Source of the DNA: Victivallis sp. Marseille-Q1083
GTDB taxonomy: Bacteria > Verrucomicrobiota > Lentisphaeria > Victivallales > Victivallaceae
DNA: 64,000 nt
NCBI RefSeq assembly: GCF_903645315.1
Contig: NZ_CAHJXL010000001.1
Coordinates: 3,629,339-3,693,338, forward strand
Reading direction: 5' to 3'
Shown here: in pieces, positions 46,873 through 56,104 of the stretch
Layout: each line of letters starts with the position of its first letter
Position numbering within the stretch: position 1 is the stretch's first letter
Position numbers and translations under genes: made by a program
The notes under the pieces: model-generated
What the model saw: the letters and a program-made list of their open reading frames with translations, nothing else
Told to the model about the DNA's origin: nothing
Database searches by the model: none

Positions 46873-46917
46873 AAGCAGGCGGCGCCCGGAAATTTCCGGG
46901 CGCCGCCTGCTTTTTTA
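46873..46917. terminator. bidirectional rho-independent terminator between rpsO and the amidase gene
   Basis: 16-bp GC-rich stem AGCAGGCGGCGCCCGG/CCGGGCGCCGCCTGCT, loop AAATTT, then T6; A-tract on the other side. Confidence 0.75.
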
Positions 46918-46964
46918 TTGTTTTACCGCAATCTTACTTTTGAAGCCGCTTTCCGGAGATGGCC

Positions 46965-47606
46965 TCAATGGCGGCGCGCCGCTTTGACTCTTGCTTTGAA
47001 TTCATCCCAGCGCTGTTCCTCCAGAATGCGGTGCGGACAGAATTTGCCGCTCCAATCCTGATGCATTTTCAGCGCCTCGTCACTCAATTGATAGCGGTCG
47101 AGCAGCCAGGCAGCCAACTTGACGGCATTGGCTTCCGCGCCGCGGTATTCGCCGTCGCGGTCATCATAGCAGCGGCTGCGGCAGATTTCAATGGCGATGC
47201 TGTTGGCATTGCCGGGACCGTCGCCGTCGCCGGCATGCCAGCCGCGTTCGTCGTCGCGGAGGATCTGGATGGCGCCGTTTTCATCGACGGCGTAGTGAAA
47301 CGAAATGTACGCCTTGTCGCGACGGTTGTTCAAATAATTGCGTTCGTTGATGGCCGGGCCGAAATTATAGGTATTGTGAATGGTGACATATTTCAGTTCC
47401 TTCATCGGGCCGGGACGTTTGTACTGATTGTTGTATTCGTTGTCGTCGAGCAACTGCTGTTGAACGAGGACGCCGTTGCGCATTTCCAGGTCGGAATCGA
47501 AGGCGCTCTGCATATAATTTCCCCACTGATCGACCGCGCAGCCGGTGCCGAAGCAGAGGCTCAGCATGGCGGCCGATGAAGCCAGTAACCAACTGAATGA
47601 TTTCAT
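46965..47606 (-). CDS. N-acetylmuramoyl-L-alanine amidase (Amidase_2 family) lipoprotein, paralog of 19734..20384
   Basis: Lipobox FGTGC; GWHAGDG motif; about 55% identical to the first amidase over the catalytic domain. Confidence 0.85.
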   Translation of the reverse strand: MKSFSWLLASSAAMLSLCFGTGCAVDQWGNYMQSAFDSDLEMRNGVLVQQQLLDDNEYNNQYKRPGPMKELKYVTIHNTYNFGPAINERNYLNNRRDKAYISFHYAVDENGAIQILRDDERGWHAGDGDGPGNANSIAIEICRSRCYDDRDGEYRGAEANAVKLAAWLLDRYQLSDEALKMHQDWSGKFCPHRILEEQRWDEFKARVKAARRH

Positions 47607-47824
47607 TTTGCCAAATTCCTGTTTGTTTTCGCCGAGATATCGGGTAAAATAGTCATGATTCGGCCAAAAAGCAAATCGATAACCGCGTTGACCGGGCGTG
47701 TTTTTATTTATCCGGGAATTTCTCGGATTGAAATTTGATTTATAATAAACAGATATTATAGTTACGACGTGGGGTTGTTAGGCAATCCCGTTTTTCACAT
47801 TTAAACCCTAAAGAGGAATAAAAA

Positions 47825-47998
47825 ATGGCTGCTAAAGTTGATTCCGCTACCTGCACCGGTTGCGAAACCTGTGTCAATACCTGTCCGGTTAATGCGATTG
47901 CCATGCAGGATGGCGTCGCCGTTGTCAACGCCGGTGAATGCATCGATTGCGGCGCTTGCGCCGGCGAATGTCCGGTCGAAGCGATTTCGATGGACTGA
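47825..47998 (+). CDS. 2x[4Fe-4S] ferredoxin (57 aa)
   Basis: Not in the ORF track. Two CxxCxxCxxxCP motifs (CTGCETCVNTCP, CIDCGACAGECP). AAGAGGAA Shine-Dalgarno sequence. Confidence 0.8.
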   Translation: MAAKVDSATCTGCETCVNTCPVNAIAMQDGVAVVNAGECIDCGACAGECPVEAISMD

Positions 47999-48023
47999 GT
48001 TCCGCCGTTGTCTGCAGTGAAAA

Positions 48024-48056
48024 GCCGGAGTGCCTGCCGCACTCCGGTTTTTTTTT
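48024..48056 (+). terminator. rho-independent terminator after ferredoxin
   Basis: CCGGAGTGC/GCACTCCGG stem followed by T9. Confidence 0.7.
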
Positions 48057-48059
48057 GCC

Positions 48060-48940
48060 TGTGTGATTTATCCTAGACCCCCGAAAACGGGCTTCCATCG
48101 TTCCGCATGACCGCCCCGGCGTGAGATTGGTGCCGTCACATGCCGGGGCTGTTTCCATTTGTGGCTGGGATCGTTATTCCACTTCTGTAAAACTTCTTTT
48201 TTGTTCTGATATATTCTTTCCATTTACAGCAATCATTTAGATGAAGCATTACATCGCGAGTGGGCGGCATAAGCAAAAGTCCCGCGACATCTTTTTTACC
48301 CCAAAAATCCAGTAGCCATTTTGAGGTTTCTTGCTGTGTGACACCGCCTGCTGAAAGTATGATATCTAAATCAGCCAGGCGGACTTTTCTTTTAATATCA
48401 ACTGCGTTTAAGGCACTAATAATTTCTCTTGTCCTTTGCCCGACAGCGTTTCTGTAATGAAGCAATTCACCAATATTGATCTCCCTGCTCAACTCCATGA
48501 TTTCATCATCAGAGAGGGCATTGCCGGTATCTGTAATTGCAACGTTTAGCCGCTTTTTCCATTCTTGATTAAATATCTGTTCTTTCTGGGCGACCAATAT
48601 ATTCATTGTCAAATCTTCAAGTCTGGCGATATGCCATAAAACCCACGCTATTGTTTCATCTTTGCTTGTCGGCATAATAGCATATTCGTTCCTATCCAAA
48701 TCGCACAATAGATCATCAACTTCGTTTTTTTCTGTATTCGATACGCTGGAAAGATGTAGTTTCGCATGAATTTCTAAAAACAGAGCCTTGGACCGTTCTA
48801 GCTCTGCTGCCTTGCGGATCATATGACTTAATTCTTTGTGCTGTTCGCTTAATCCATTTCCAAAATACTTCATGTATGTTCTTCCCCGTTTGCTAAACGA
48901 CACCTTATTTGCCAGAGGCATCCAAACCTAACTCAGCCAA
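48060..48940. other. low-GC (~42%) islet in a ~60% GC background, one gene
   Basis: Base composition shifts abruptly at the ferredoxin terminator and again just before the PP2C sensor gene stop. Confidence 0.6.
48136..48873 (-). CDS. hypothetical protein, possibly DinB/YfiT-like helical-bundle family
   Basis: AT-rich codon usage; WVLWHIARLEDL-like motif. Start at internal ATG (MKYFGNG); alternative 48921. Confidence 0.5.
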   Translation of the reverse strand: MKYFGNGLSEQHKELSHMIRKAAELERSKALFLEIHAKLHLSSVSNTEKNEVDDLLCDLDRNEYAIMPTSKDETIAWVLWHIARLEDLTMNILVAQKEQIFNQEWKKRLNVAITDTGNALSDDEIMELSREINIGELLHYRNAVGQRTREIISALNAVDIKRKVRLADLDIILSAGGVTQQETSKWLLDFWGKKDVAGLLLMPPTRDVMLHLNDCCKWKEYIRTKKKFYRSGITIPATNGNSPGM

Positions 48941-48942
48941 GG

Positions 48943-51090
48943 TCAGCGCAGGCCATTGTATTGCAGAAGCAGCATGGTCAGATCGTCGGATTGCGGCGCG
49001 TTGCCGGCATGCGCCCGGACGGCCTGAAGGATTGCTTCGATCAGCTCCCGCGGCGTCCGGCAGGAACCTGCCGCCGCTTCCGCCGCCGCTTTCAAACGTT
49101 GTTCGCCCCAGAGTTCGCCGTCGGCGTTCATCGCCTCGGTGACGCCGTCGGTGTAAAGAAGCAGCCGGTCGCCGGGCGTCAGTTTCACCGTCCCGAGCTG
49201 ATAAACGCCTTCCTGCTGCGGCATGGTTCCCAACGGCATGCCCGGCGGCAGCACGAAGAATTCGGCGGAGTGGTCGGCATGCAGCAGCAGCGGCGGGTTG
49301 TGGCCGGCGTTGCTGAAGGTGAAAACCCCCGAGACGCAGTCCAGGATGCCGCAGAAGACGGTGAGGAACATCGTGGCGGCATTGCTCTTGGCCAAGACGT
49401 TATTCGCTTTCAGCAGAACCTGGTCCGGCGGCGACTGCTGCAGGGCCAGCCCCTGCAGGATCGTGTGGGCGGTCGCCATGAACAGTGCCGCCGGAATTCC
49501 TTTGCCGGCGACATCGCCGACGCAGCAATACAAATGCCGGTCATCGGTCAAAACGAAATCGTACAGGTCGCCGCCGACTTCCCGGGCCGGAATGACCAGC
49601 GCGTAAAGCGCGATTTCCGGGTGGCCGGGGAGGGAATTGGCGGCGTCCGGCAACATTGATTGCTGAATTTCGGTCGCCACCCGCAGATCGTTTTCGATCC
49701 GCTGTTCGCGCAAAGTTGCCGCTTCAAGATTCTGAATGTATTGTTTCAAATTGGCCGACATGCTGTTCAGAGTTCCGGCCAGCTCTTCCAGTTCGTCGCC
49801 GGTGTGCAGCGTAATTTGACAGTCGAGATCGCCGCTGCCGATCTGATCGGTGGCCTGTTTCAGCAGCGCCATCGGCCTGGTCAAACGGTTGGACAGGACG
49901 TAACCGCAACTCAACGCGACCGCCAGAATGCCGGCGGAACTGAGGATGTACATGAACAGTTGATGGTGGATGGACAACTGGAATTCCTCTTCCAGCCGGT
50001 TGCTTTCGGTGGCGATGGTTTCTTCGATGCAGTGCGACTGTTTCAGAATATCCGCTTCCGGCAGCACGACCGCCAGGCTCCAGTCGGTACTGGCCACCGG
50101 CGCATAACCGACATAATAGACCGTATCGCCGAGCGGCAGCCGCAGGCAGCCGCTGTTCAGTGCGATCATCTCTGCGGCCAACTGCTGCAACTGCGTTTCT
50201 TCGCTGTGCAGAAGATTGACCAGGTCGACCTGCAAATTCCAGCCCTGGCCCAGCAAATCCATGCCCTCCTGGGCGATGATTTCACCGCTGTCGTTCAGGA
50301 GGAATGCCGAGCCCCGGCGCATCTCCTGGGTACTGATGAAGTCATGGATTACCGCTTCCACGCTGATGTCCAGCGCGAGAACGCCGAACAATTTGCCGTC
50401 GGCGTCCTGAATGGCCCGGCTGCAACTGATGACCAGCTTGTTGTCCAGCGAGGCGGAGGCGTAAGGCGCCGACCAGCAGGTTTCCCCCGGGTGGGCGGCG
50501 GCGCTTTTAAACCAGCCCCGCTGGCGCGGATCATAAGCCAGCGGGGTATGGCTCCAGGGATACTGCAGCTCCACGCCGTCGACCGTCCCCAGGTAGGCCA
50601 GAACAACCGAATCGAGGTTGGCAAACATGAATTTGAACATTTCATGCAGTTGCGACAGCGGCGGCATGGCCGCCTGGACGGTCTCCGTCGCGACTTCCGG
50701 CGCGAAATAGAGCGAAGAATATTGCCGCTTGTCCAGCGGCGGCGTGTTTACGGCCGAATAGAGCAGTACATTGCCGCCGGCATGCGGCCGCGCCATCAAC
50801 TCCCGGCTGAGTGCCGCGGCGCTTTCCACTTCGGCGGCGATATGCTTGAATTTGACATCGGTAATGGCGGCTTGGTCGGTCGCGAAATCGCGCAAATGGG
50901 TGCGGGCCATGCCGATCAATGCCGTCCGGCTGTCCCGGACGGCATTGTCGCCGATTGCCTGGCATTGCGCCAATGCTTTGGCGTTCAAACCGACCAGGCT
51001 GCGGAATGACAGAATCCACAGGACGATAAAAGTGGCCAGCAAAGGCAACAGGATTGCCAGTAAAATTTTCGTTCGGATGCCGATTTTCAT
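48943..51090 (-). CDS. sensor phosphatase: TM-dCache-HAMP-PP2C (SpoIIE/RsbU family)
   Basis: Two TM helices flanking a ~300-aa periplasmic Cache-like domain, HAMP, then PP2C motifs (GDVAGKG, GHNPP, YTDGVTE). GGAGGAG Shine-Dalgarno sequence. Confidence 0.85.
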   Translation of the reverse strand: MKIGIRTKILLAILLPLLATFIVLWILSFRSLVGLNAKALAQCQAIGDNAVRDSRTALIGMARTHLRDFATDQAAITDVKFKHIAAEVESAAALSRELMARPHAGGNVLLYSAVNTPPLDKRQYSSLYFAPEVATETVQAAMPPLSQLHEMFKFMFANLDSVVLAYLGTVDGVELQYPWSHTPLAYDPRQRGWFKSAAAHPGETCWSAPYASASLDNKLVISCSRAIQDADGKLFGVLALDISVEAVIHDFISTQEMRRGSAFLLNDSGEIIAQEGMDLLGQGWNLQVDLVNLLHSEETQLQQLAAEMIALNSGCLRLPLGDTVYYVGYAPVASTDWSLAVVLPEADILKQSHCIEETIATESNRLEEEFQLSIHHQLFMYILSSAGILAVALSCGYVLSNRLTRPMALLKQATDQIGSGDLDCQITLHTGDELEELAGTLNSMSANLKQYIQNLEAATLREQRIENDLRVATEIQQSMLPDAANSLPGHPEIALYALVIPAREVGGDLYDFVLTDDRHLYCCVGDVAGKGIPAALFMATAHTILQGLALQQSPPDQVLLKANNVLAKSNAATMFLTVFCGILDCVSGVFTFSNAGHNPPLLLHADHSAEFFVLPPGMPLGTMPQQEGVYQLGTVKLTPGDRLLLYTDGVTEAMNADGELWGEQRLKAAAEAAAGSCRTPRELIEAILQAVRAHAGNAPQSDDLTMLLLQYNGLR

Positions 51091-51171
51091 ATATTCTCCT
51101 CCGTCCCGGTCAAAATACCATCGGCCCCGGACAGATTCAATCGATCAATTGCGGAAAATCATCGGAAAGAA

Positions 51172-51245
51172 TGGAGCGGGTGACCGGAGTCGAACCGGCG
51201 TCGCCAGCTTGGGAAGCTGGAGCATGACCGTTTTGCTACACCCGC
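51172..51245 (-). tRNA. tRNA-Gly (anticodon CCC)
   Basis: Cloverleaf: acceptor GCGGGTG/CACCCGC, anticodon arm CCAGC-TTCCCAA-GCTGG, T-loop TTCGACT, encoded CCA. Confidence 0.85.
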
Positions 51246-51381
51246 GATTCGGTACGCCTTTCAATTTAATCTTGATTCGGATGATGTCAAGCTCGGAAAT
51301 GAAAAAACTGCCGATTCCGGTTGCAAACCGCCGAAAGCGGAGTATCGTAAATGCCGTCACTGGCAGAGAAAGAAAAAATTC

Positions 51382-52278
51382 ATGCTAATCGGCATTCTCT
51401 GGGGACTGGCGACCGCCGGAATCCAGGCTTTTTGCTACTTGCTGGCCAGGCATTATCTGACCAGGTACGGCTCCCCCCGGCAATTGTTGTTTGTTTCCCA
51501 GTTGTTTCTGGGGATTTTTTCGCTTTTCGGGGTGGGGATATTATTGCCGGGCGAGTTGCTGAAACAATGGCAGCTTTATCCGGCCTGGCTGTTGTGTTCC
51601 GGCGGTTATCTGGTCGGACAATTCACCTTTTTTGCTGCGCAGCGCAAAGTCGAAAGTTCCCGCCTGGCTTCGCTTTACAGCGTCAAGATGATCGTCGTGG
51701 CGATTTTTTCCGCCTGGATCATCGGCGAGGCGCTGAATCCGGGACGCTGGCTGGGCATCCTGTTGGCCGTCGCGGCGGTCTTCATCATCAATTATTCCCG
51801 GCAAAGTGGTTTCGATTGCCGCGGACTGGGGGTGCTGGCGGTCGCCATCGTCGGTTTTGCGCTGTCCGATATCGGGGCTAAATTGCTGCTGGACCGGGAA
51901 CGGGCGCTGGGGATGTCGTTTGTGGCGGCCGGAATGCTGACCGTGTCGCTGAACTTCCTGCTGGCGGCGGTTCTGCTGCTGCCGGCCATCGGCAAACACT
52001 TGCCGCCGTGGCACGGTTTCCGGCCGGCTTTGCCCTATGCGGTCTGCTGGTATGCCGGGGTGATGGGCACTTTTGTCTGCATGGGGATCCTGGGCGCGAC
52101 GTTCGGCAATGTCGTACAGTCGAGCCGGGGCATTATCGCCTTGCTGCTCGGTATCCTGGTCGCCCGGTTGGGATATGGTCACCTGGAAAGCAGGGCGACG
52201 CGGCAGGTGTGGATCCAAAGAAGCGTCGGCGCCGGTCTGATGTGCGGCGCCATTGCCCTGTTCGCTCTGAATTCCTGA
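51382..52278 (+). CDS. DMT superfamily (EamA-like) transporter
   Basis: 10 TM, two EamA-like halves. Confidence 0.7.
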   Translation: MLIGILWGLATAGIQAFCYLLARHYLTRYGSPRQLLFVSQLFLGIFSLFGVGILLPGELLKQWQLYPAWLLCSGGYLVGQFTFFAAQRKVESSRLASLYSVKMIVVAIFSAWIIGEALNPGRWLGILLAVAAVFIINYSRQSGFDCRGLGVLAVAIVGFALSDIGAKLLLDRERALGMSFVAAGMLTVSLNFLLAAVLLLPAIGKHLPPWHGFRPALPYAVCWYAGVMGTFVCMGILGATFGNVVQSSRGIIALLLGILVARLGYGHLESRATRQVWIQRSVGAGLMCGAIALFALNS

Positions 52279-52284
52279 ACGCCT

Positions 52285-53379
52285 TTATTTACCGGGCAGC
52301 GGCGGTGGCGTTTGGAACCAGTTTGCCAGTTCGGCGACGCTGGCGGCCGGCGTCCACTCCGGCATGCCGCCGGTCCAGACCAGCGCCTCGGCCGGAATGG
52401 CGCCGGCGGCGATCTGCGCCTGCAGTTGACCGAGCGTCAACGGACCGGTCTGCTGCCCGGCGACGGCCACGAAATATTGTTTGGCGCCGGGCAGCGGCGG
52501 CGGCATCGCCGCCGCATTCTGGGCGTGGTTGACGGCGGCGCCGGCCATCGTGCCCAGTTGCGCTCCCATCAGCACTCCCATCATATTGCCGGCGCCGCCG
52601 GGATTGGCGGCGGCTTCCCGCATTGCCTCGGCCGCCTGCATCTGGGAAAATTGATTCATGACCCCGCCGAGCGCTCCGACGCTGGCGCGTTTATCCATCG
52701 CCGCATTGACTTCGTCCGGCAGTGAGATATTTTCCACCGTAAAAGTCAACAATTCGAAGCCGAGCCGGAGGAACACATTGCTCAATTTCACGGCGGCGGC
52801 CTGGCCGATTTCATCGTATTGTGCCGCCAGATCCAGAGCCGGAATCTGCAATTCCCCCAGCGCGTCGGAGAGGCTGGAAACGACGCTGGTCCGCATCTGT
52901 CCTTCGATATCCTCGGTGGAGAATTCGGTCCGCGCGCCGACAAAACGCACCAGCAGTTCGTTGGAAATCCCGACTTTATAGCTGTAGTTGCCGCGCGCCC
53001 GCAACCGCACCATGCCGAAGTCGGCATCACGCATCATCACCGGCGTCCCGGTACCCCACTTGCGGTCCAGTTGTTCGGTGGTCCGGATGAAATACACCTC
53101 GGCTTTGAACGGCGATTCGAAATTGTACGGCAGGCTCAATAGAGAGGTCAGGATCGGAATGTTGGAGGTATGCAGGGTATAGGTGCCCGGTCCAAAATGA
53201 TCGGCGATCTGCCCTTCATTGACGAATACCGCACACTGGCCGGGGCGGACAATCAATTTGGCTCCCATTTTGATTTCGTTGTTGTGCCGGTCGAAACGGT
53301 GTACCAGAACCGCCGGGTTTTCGTCCGGCCACTCGATGACATCGATGAACTGTCCTTTGAAGATATTCAATAGCCCCAT
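52285..53379 (-). CDS. SPFH (band 7) domain protein with C-terminal GYF/DUF4339-like domain
   Basis: Starts MGLLNIFKGQFIDVIEW (Band_7_1-type N-terminus). C-terminal YFVAVAGQQTGPLTLGQL...GMPEW motif. Start at an internal ATG. Confidence 0.7.
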   Translation of the reverse strand: MGLLNIFKGQFIDVIEWPDENPAVLVHRFDRHNNEIKMGAKLIVRPGQCAVFVNEGQIADHFGPGTYTLHTSNIPILTSLLSLPYNFESPFKAEVYFIRTTEQLDRKWGTGTPVMMRDADFGMVRLRARGNYSYKVGISNELLVRFVGARTEFSTEDIEGQMRTSVVSSLSDALGELQIPALDLAAQYDEIGQAAAVKLSNVFLRLGFELLTFTVENISLPDEVNAAMDKRASVGALGGVMNQFSQMQAAEAMREAAANPGGAGNMMGVLMGAQLGTMAGAAVNHAQNAAAMPPPLPGAKQYFVAVAGQQTGPLTLGQLQAQIAAGAIPAEALVWTGGMPEWTPAASVAELANWFQTPPPLPGK

Positions 53380-53634
53380 AATGCTAACCGCCTTTCGATG
53401 AATTTTCACTGTATTTGGGAATAGTATATTGAACAACCCGGCGCTTGTCAACCCGGTAAGTCACTTTGTCCGGAATTTTTTCGTTTTTGTCGGCCGCGGG
53501 ACGCATAATGGAAGAAAAATTATTCCAAAATGGATTGACATTTGCAGATTTGGGGATATTCTTTAGATATTTGAAGATAGTTATCTATTGATATCAATTT
53601 TCCCGAAGAACACGAACAGCAAAGCAAAGGGGAT

Positions 53635-56055
53635 GTGATGAAATCGCTCGTTACGGCGTTTCTGGTCGGCAACCTGCTGATGGCGACGGCGGCTGAAGTC
53701 GGTCGAAGCCGGCTGGTTTTACCGGAGGGGGCGGAAAATCCGGCTCTCAATTTGTTGCGGACGGCAAACTGGGAAGCTTTCGGCCGCGGTTTTGTCCGTG
53801 AACCGGACGGCAGCTTCCGTTGTGACAACGGAAGCTCGGCCGAGTTGGTCAGCGGGGCTCATCAACAACTCCGGCTGCACCAGTCGGAGGCACGGCCGGT
53901 GGTGATCAGCGGCTGGAGCCGGGCGGAAAATGTCGGCGGCAGCCGGGACGGGGATTATTCGCTCTACGGGGATATTTTCTTCACCGATGGTTCGGTGCAA
54001 TGGGCGCAGACGGCGCCGTTTCCGGTCGGCACGCAGGAGTGGAACCGCCGGGAATTGCGGCTGGATTACGCGCAGCCGATTGATCGCATTGAAGTGTATG
54101 CGCTGTTCCGGAACCATTCCGGCACGGCCTGGTTCCGGTCGCTTCAAGCCAGTGAACCGACCGGTGAGAACGCCGTTTTCGATGGCTTGCCGGTGACGGT
54201 GGCCGGCCGGAAGGCGGCGGGATTCCTGCTGCGGGATGTCGCGGCGGATGGCGACTTCGTCGCTTTCGACCAAAGCGGCCGGGCGGCCGCCTTGGAGTTG
54301 CAGGTGGAGACGCGCCGGCTGGCCGATAAGGCGACGGCGATTACAGCAACGCTGCGCAATCCGGAGGCCGTCGACCGGGCCGTGACCCTCTACTATACGC
54401 TGCCGCTGCCGGACGGGGAGTGGTCTTACTGGGAAGGCCTGCAGGAGAATGACCGGAAGTTACTGGCGAAAAGCCGGGATTACCACCAGTTTTCCGGTTA
54501 TGAAATCGGCAACGGCCGGAATACCACGCTGCCGTTTGCCGCGGTGACCGGCGAGGGGACCGGACTGGCGATCGGCTTTCAACCGGATTTGCCGGCTTTT
54601 GGCCGGGTTGCCGCGAATGGAGCGACCGGCGAACTTTTCATCGCTTTCGATCTGGCGCTGCCGCCGGAAGCGCCGGCGGCGACGGTGGGCTTGGTGATAT
54701 TTGAATTCGAGCCGGAGTGGGGGCAGCGCGCCGCCTGGCAGCGTTACTATGAACTGTTTCCGGAGGCGTTCCGGCGGCAGGTCCCGAAACAAGGCAACTG
54801 GATGGCATTTGAAAAGATCAGCGGCGTCGAGGGCTGGGAAGACTTCGGTTTCGCGTTCAAGGAAGGCGACAACGAACCGGCGTGGGACGCGGAACACGGC
54901 ATTCTGACCTTCCGCTATACCGAGCCGATGACCTGGTGGATGAAAATGGACGCGCCGCCGAAGGATCTGGATGATGCTTTGCGGTATTTGGCCCTTCAGG
55001 CGAAGGAGGGCAATCCGGAAGCGCAGGCGATTCTCAACAGCGGCATGTATGACGAATCCGGTTCCCTGGCCGGCCGCCGGGAAAATACGCCGTGGTGCAA
55101 TGGCGTGGTCTGGAGCGCCAATTCCATGCCGAAATTGACGGCGCAGCCTTCCAATTTCTCATTGCGCTGGAATTCCGCTATTTTCCGCCGCTGTCACGGC
55201 CCGGAAGCGCCGGTCAGGCTGGCCGGCGAATATGTCGACTCTTCGGAAGGGTATGTCACCATTCCGTTTTCCTTCCGGCGCGATCATTTCGCCGCGGCGG
55301 AGACGCCGTTGACCTTTGACCGCTCCTCCTTCCGGCCGGGTATTTTCCGCGGACTGGTGGCATTGGAATACATCCGGGCCATCGCCCGGGATATTCATGC
55401 GGCCGGCAGTTACATGATGGCCAACGCCACGCCGCACAACCTCTGGTTTCTGGCGCCGCAACTGGATGTGATGGGAACGGAAGCCAACTGGTTCCCGGAA
55501 GGTGTTTGGAGGCCGCAGGCGATGACGGATTTGCGGCGGATCCGGGCGATCTGTGCGCAAAAGCCGTTCTGTTTCATCATGAACACCGATTTTACCACCA
55601 TGCCGCCGGAGCAATTGGAAAAATATTTCCAGCGGACGGTCGCGTTGGGAATGTTTCCGGGCTTTTTCAGCGCCGACGCCTCGACCGGCCATTATTTTTC
55701 CCAGCCGGCGCTTTACAACCGGGACCGTTGGCTGTTCCGGAAATATCTGCCGGCGGCGATCGCCGTCGCCGAGGCCGGCTGGCAGCCGGTGACGCTCGCC
55801 CGGACGGCGGCGCCGGACATCTGCCTGGAGCGTTTCGGCAACCGTTACCTGACAATTTACAACAGCTCCGACCAGCCGGCGACCGGCCGGATTGTAATTG
55901 ATCCGGCCTGGAAGGTGGGATCGACCGCCGTCGAATTGCTCTCCGGGAAGCCGTGGAACAAGGAGGAGGAAGGCTGGCCGGTCAGTTTGCAGCCGGATGA
56001 GTTGCAGGTCATCGATTTCGGTCCCGCCGCCGCGGTTGCGACGGCGACGGATTAA
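53635..56055 (+). CDS. large secreted hypothetical protein (possible glycoside hydrolase-like)
   Basis: Signal peptide; 806 aa; no confident family call. Confidence 0.65.
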   Translation: MMKSLVTAFLVGNLLMATAAEVGRSRLVLPEGAENPALNLLRTANWEAFGRGFVREPDGSFRCDNGSSAELVSGAHQQLRLHQSEARPVVISGWSRAENVGGSRDGDYSLYGDIFFTDGSVQWAQTAPFPVGTQEWNRRELRLDYAQPIDRIEVYALFRNHSGTAWFRSLQASEPTGENAVFDGLPVTVAGRKAAGFLLRDVAADGDFVAFDQSGRAAALELQVETRRLADKATAITATLRNPEAVDRAVTLYYTLPLPDGEWSYWEGLQENDRKLLAKSRDYHQFSGYEIGNGRNTTLPFAAVTGEGTGLAIGFQPDLPAFGRVAANGATGELFIAFDLALPPEAPAATVGLVIFEFEPEWGQRAAWQRYYELFPEAFRRQVPKQGNWMAFEKISGVEGWEDFGFAFKEGDNEPAWDAEHGILTFRYTEPMTWWMKMDAPPKDLDDALRYLALQAKEGNPEAQAILNSGMYDESGSLAGRRENTPWCNGVVWSANSMPKLTAQPSNFSLRWNSAIFRRCHGPEAPVRLAGEYVDSSEGYVTIPFSFRRDHFAAAETPLTFDRSSFRPGIFRGLVALEYIRAIARDIHAAGSYMMANATPHNLWFLAPQLDVMGTEANWFPEGVWRPQAMTDLRRIRAICAQKPFCFIMNTDFTTMPPEQLEKYFQRTVALGMFPGFFSADASTGHYFSQPALYNRDRWLFRKYLPAAIAVAEAGWQPVTLARTAAPDICLERFGNRYLTIYNSSDQPATGRIVIDPAWKVGSTAVELLSGKPWNKEEEGWPVSLQPDELQVIDFGPAAAVATATD

Positions 56056-56104
56056 TTGCCGCCGCCCGCTTTCCGTTGCCGGGTGCCGCCGGCGGCCGGC
56101 CGGA

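Noticed and set aside
49660-51009. 449-aa plus-strand ORF
   Set aside because: Antisense to the PP2C sensor gene.
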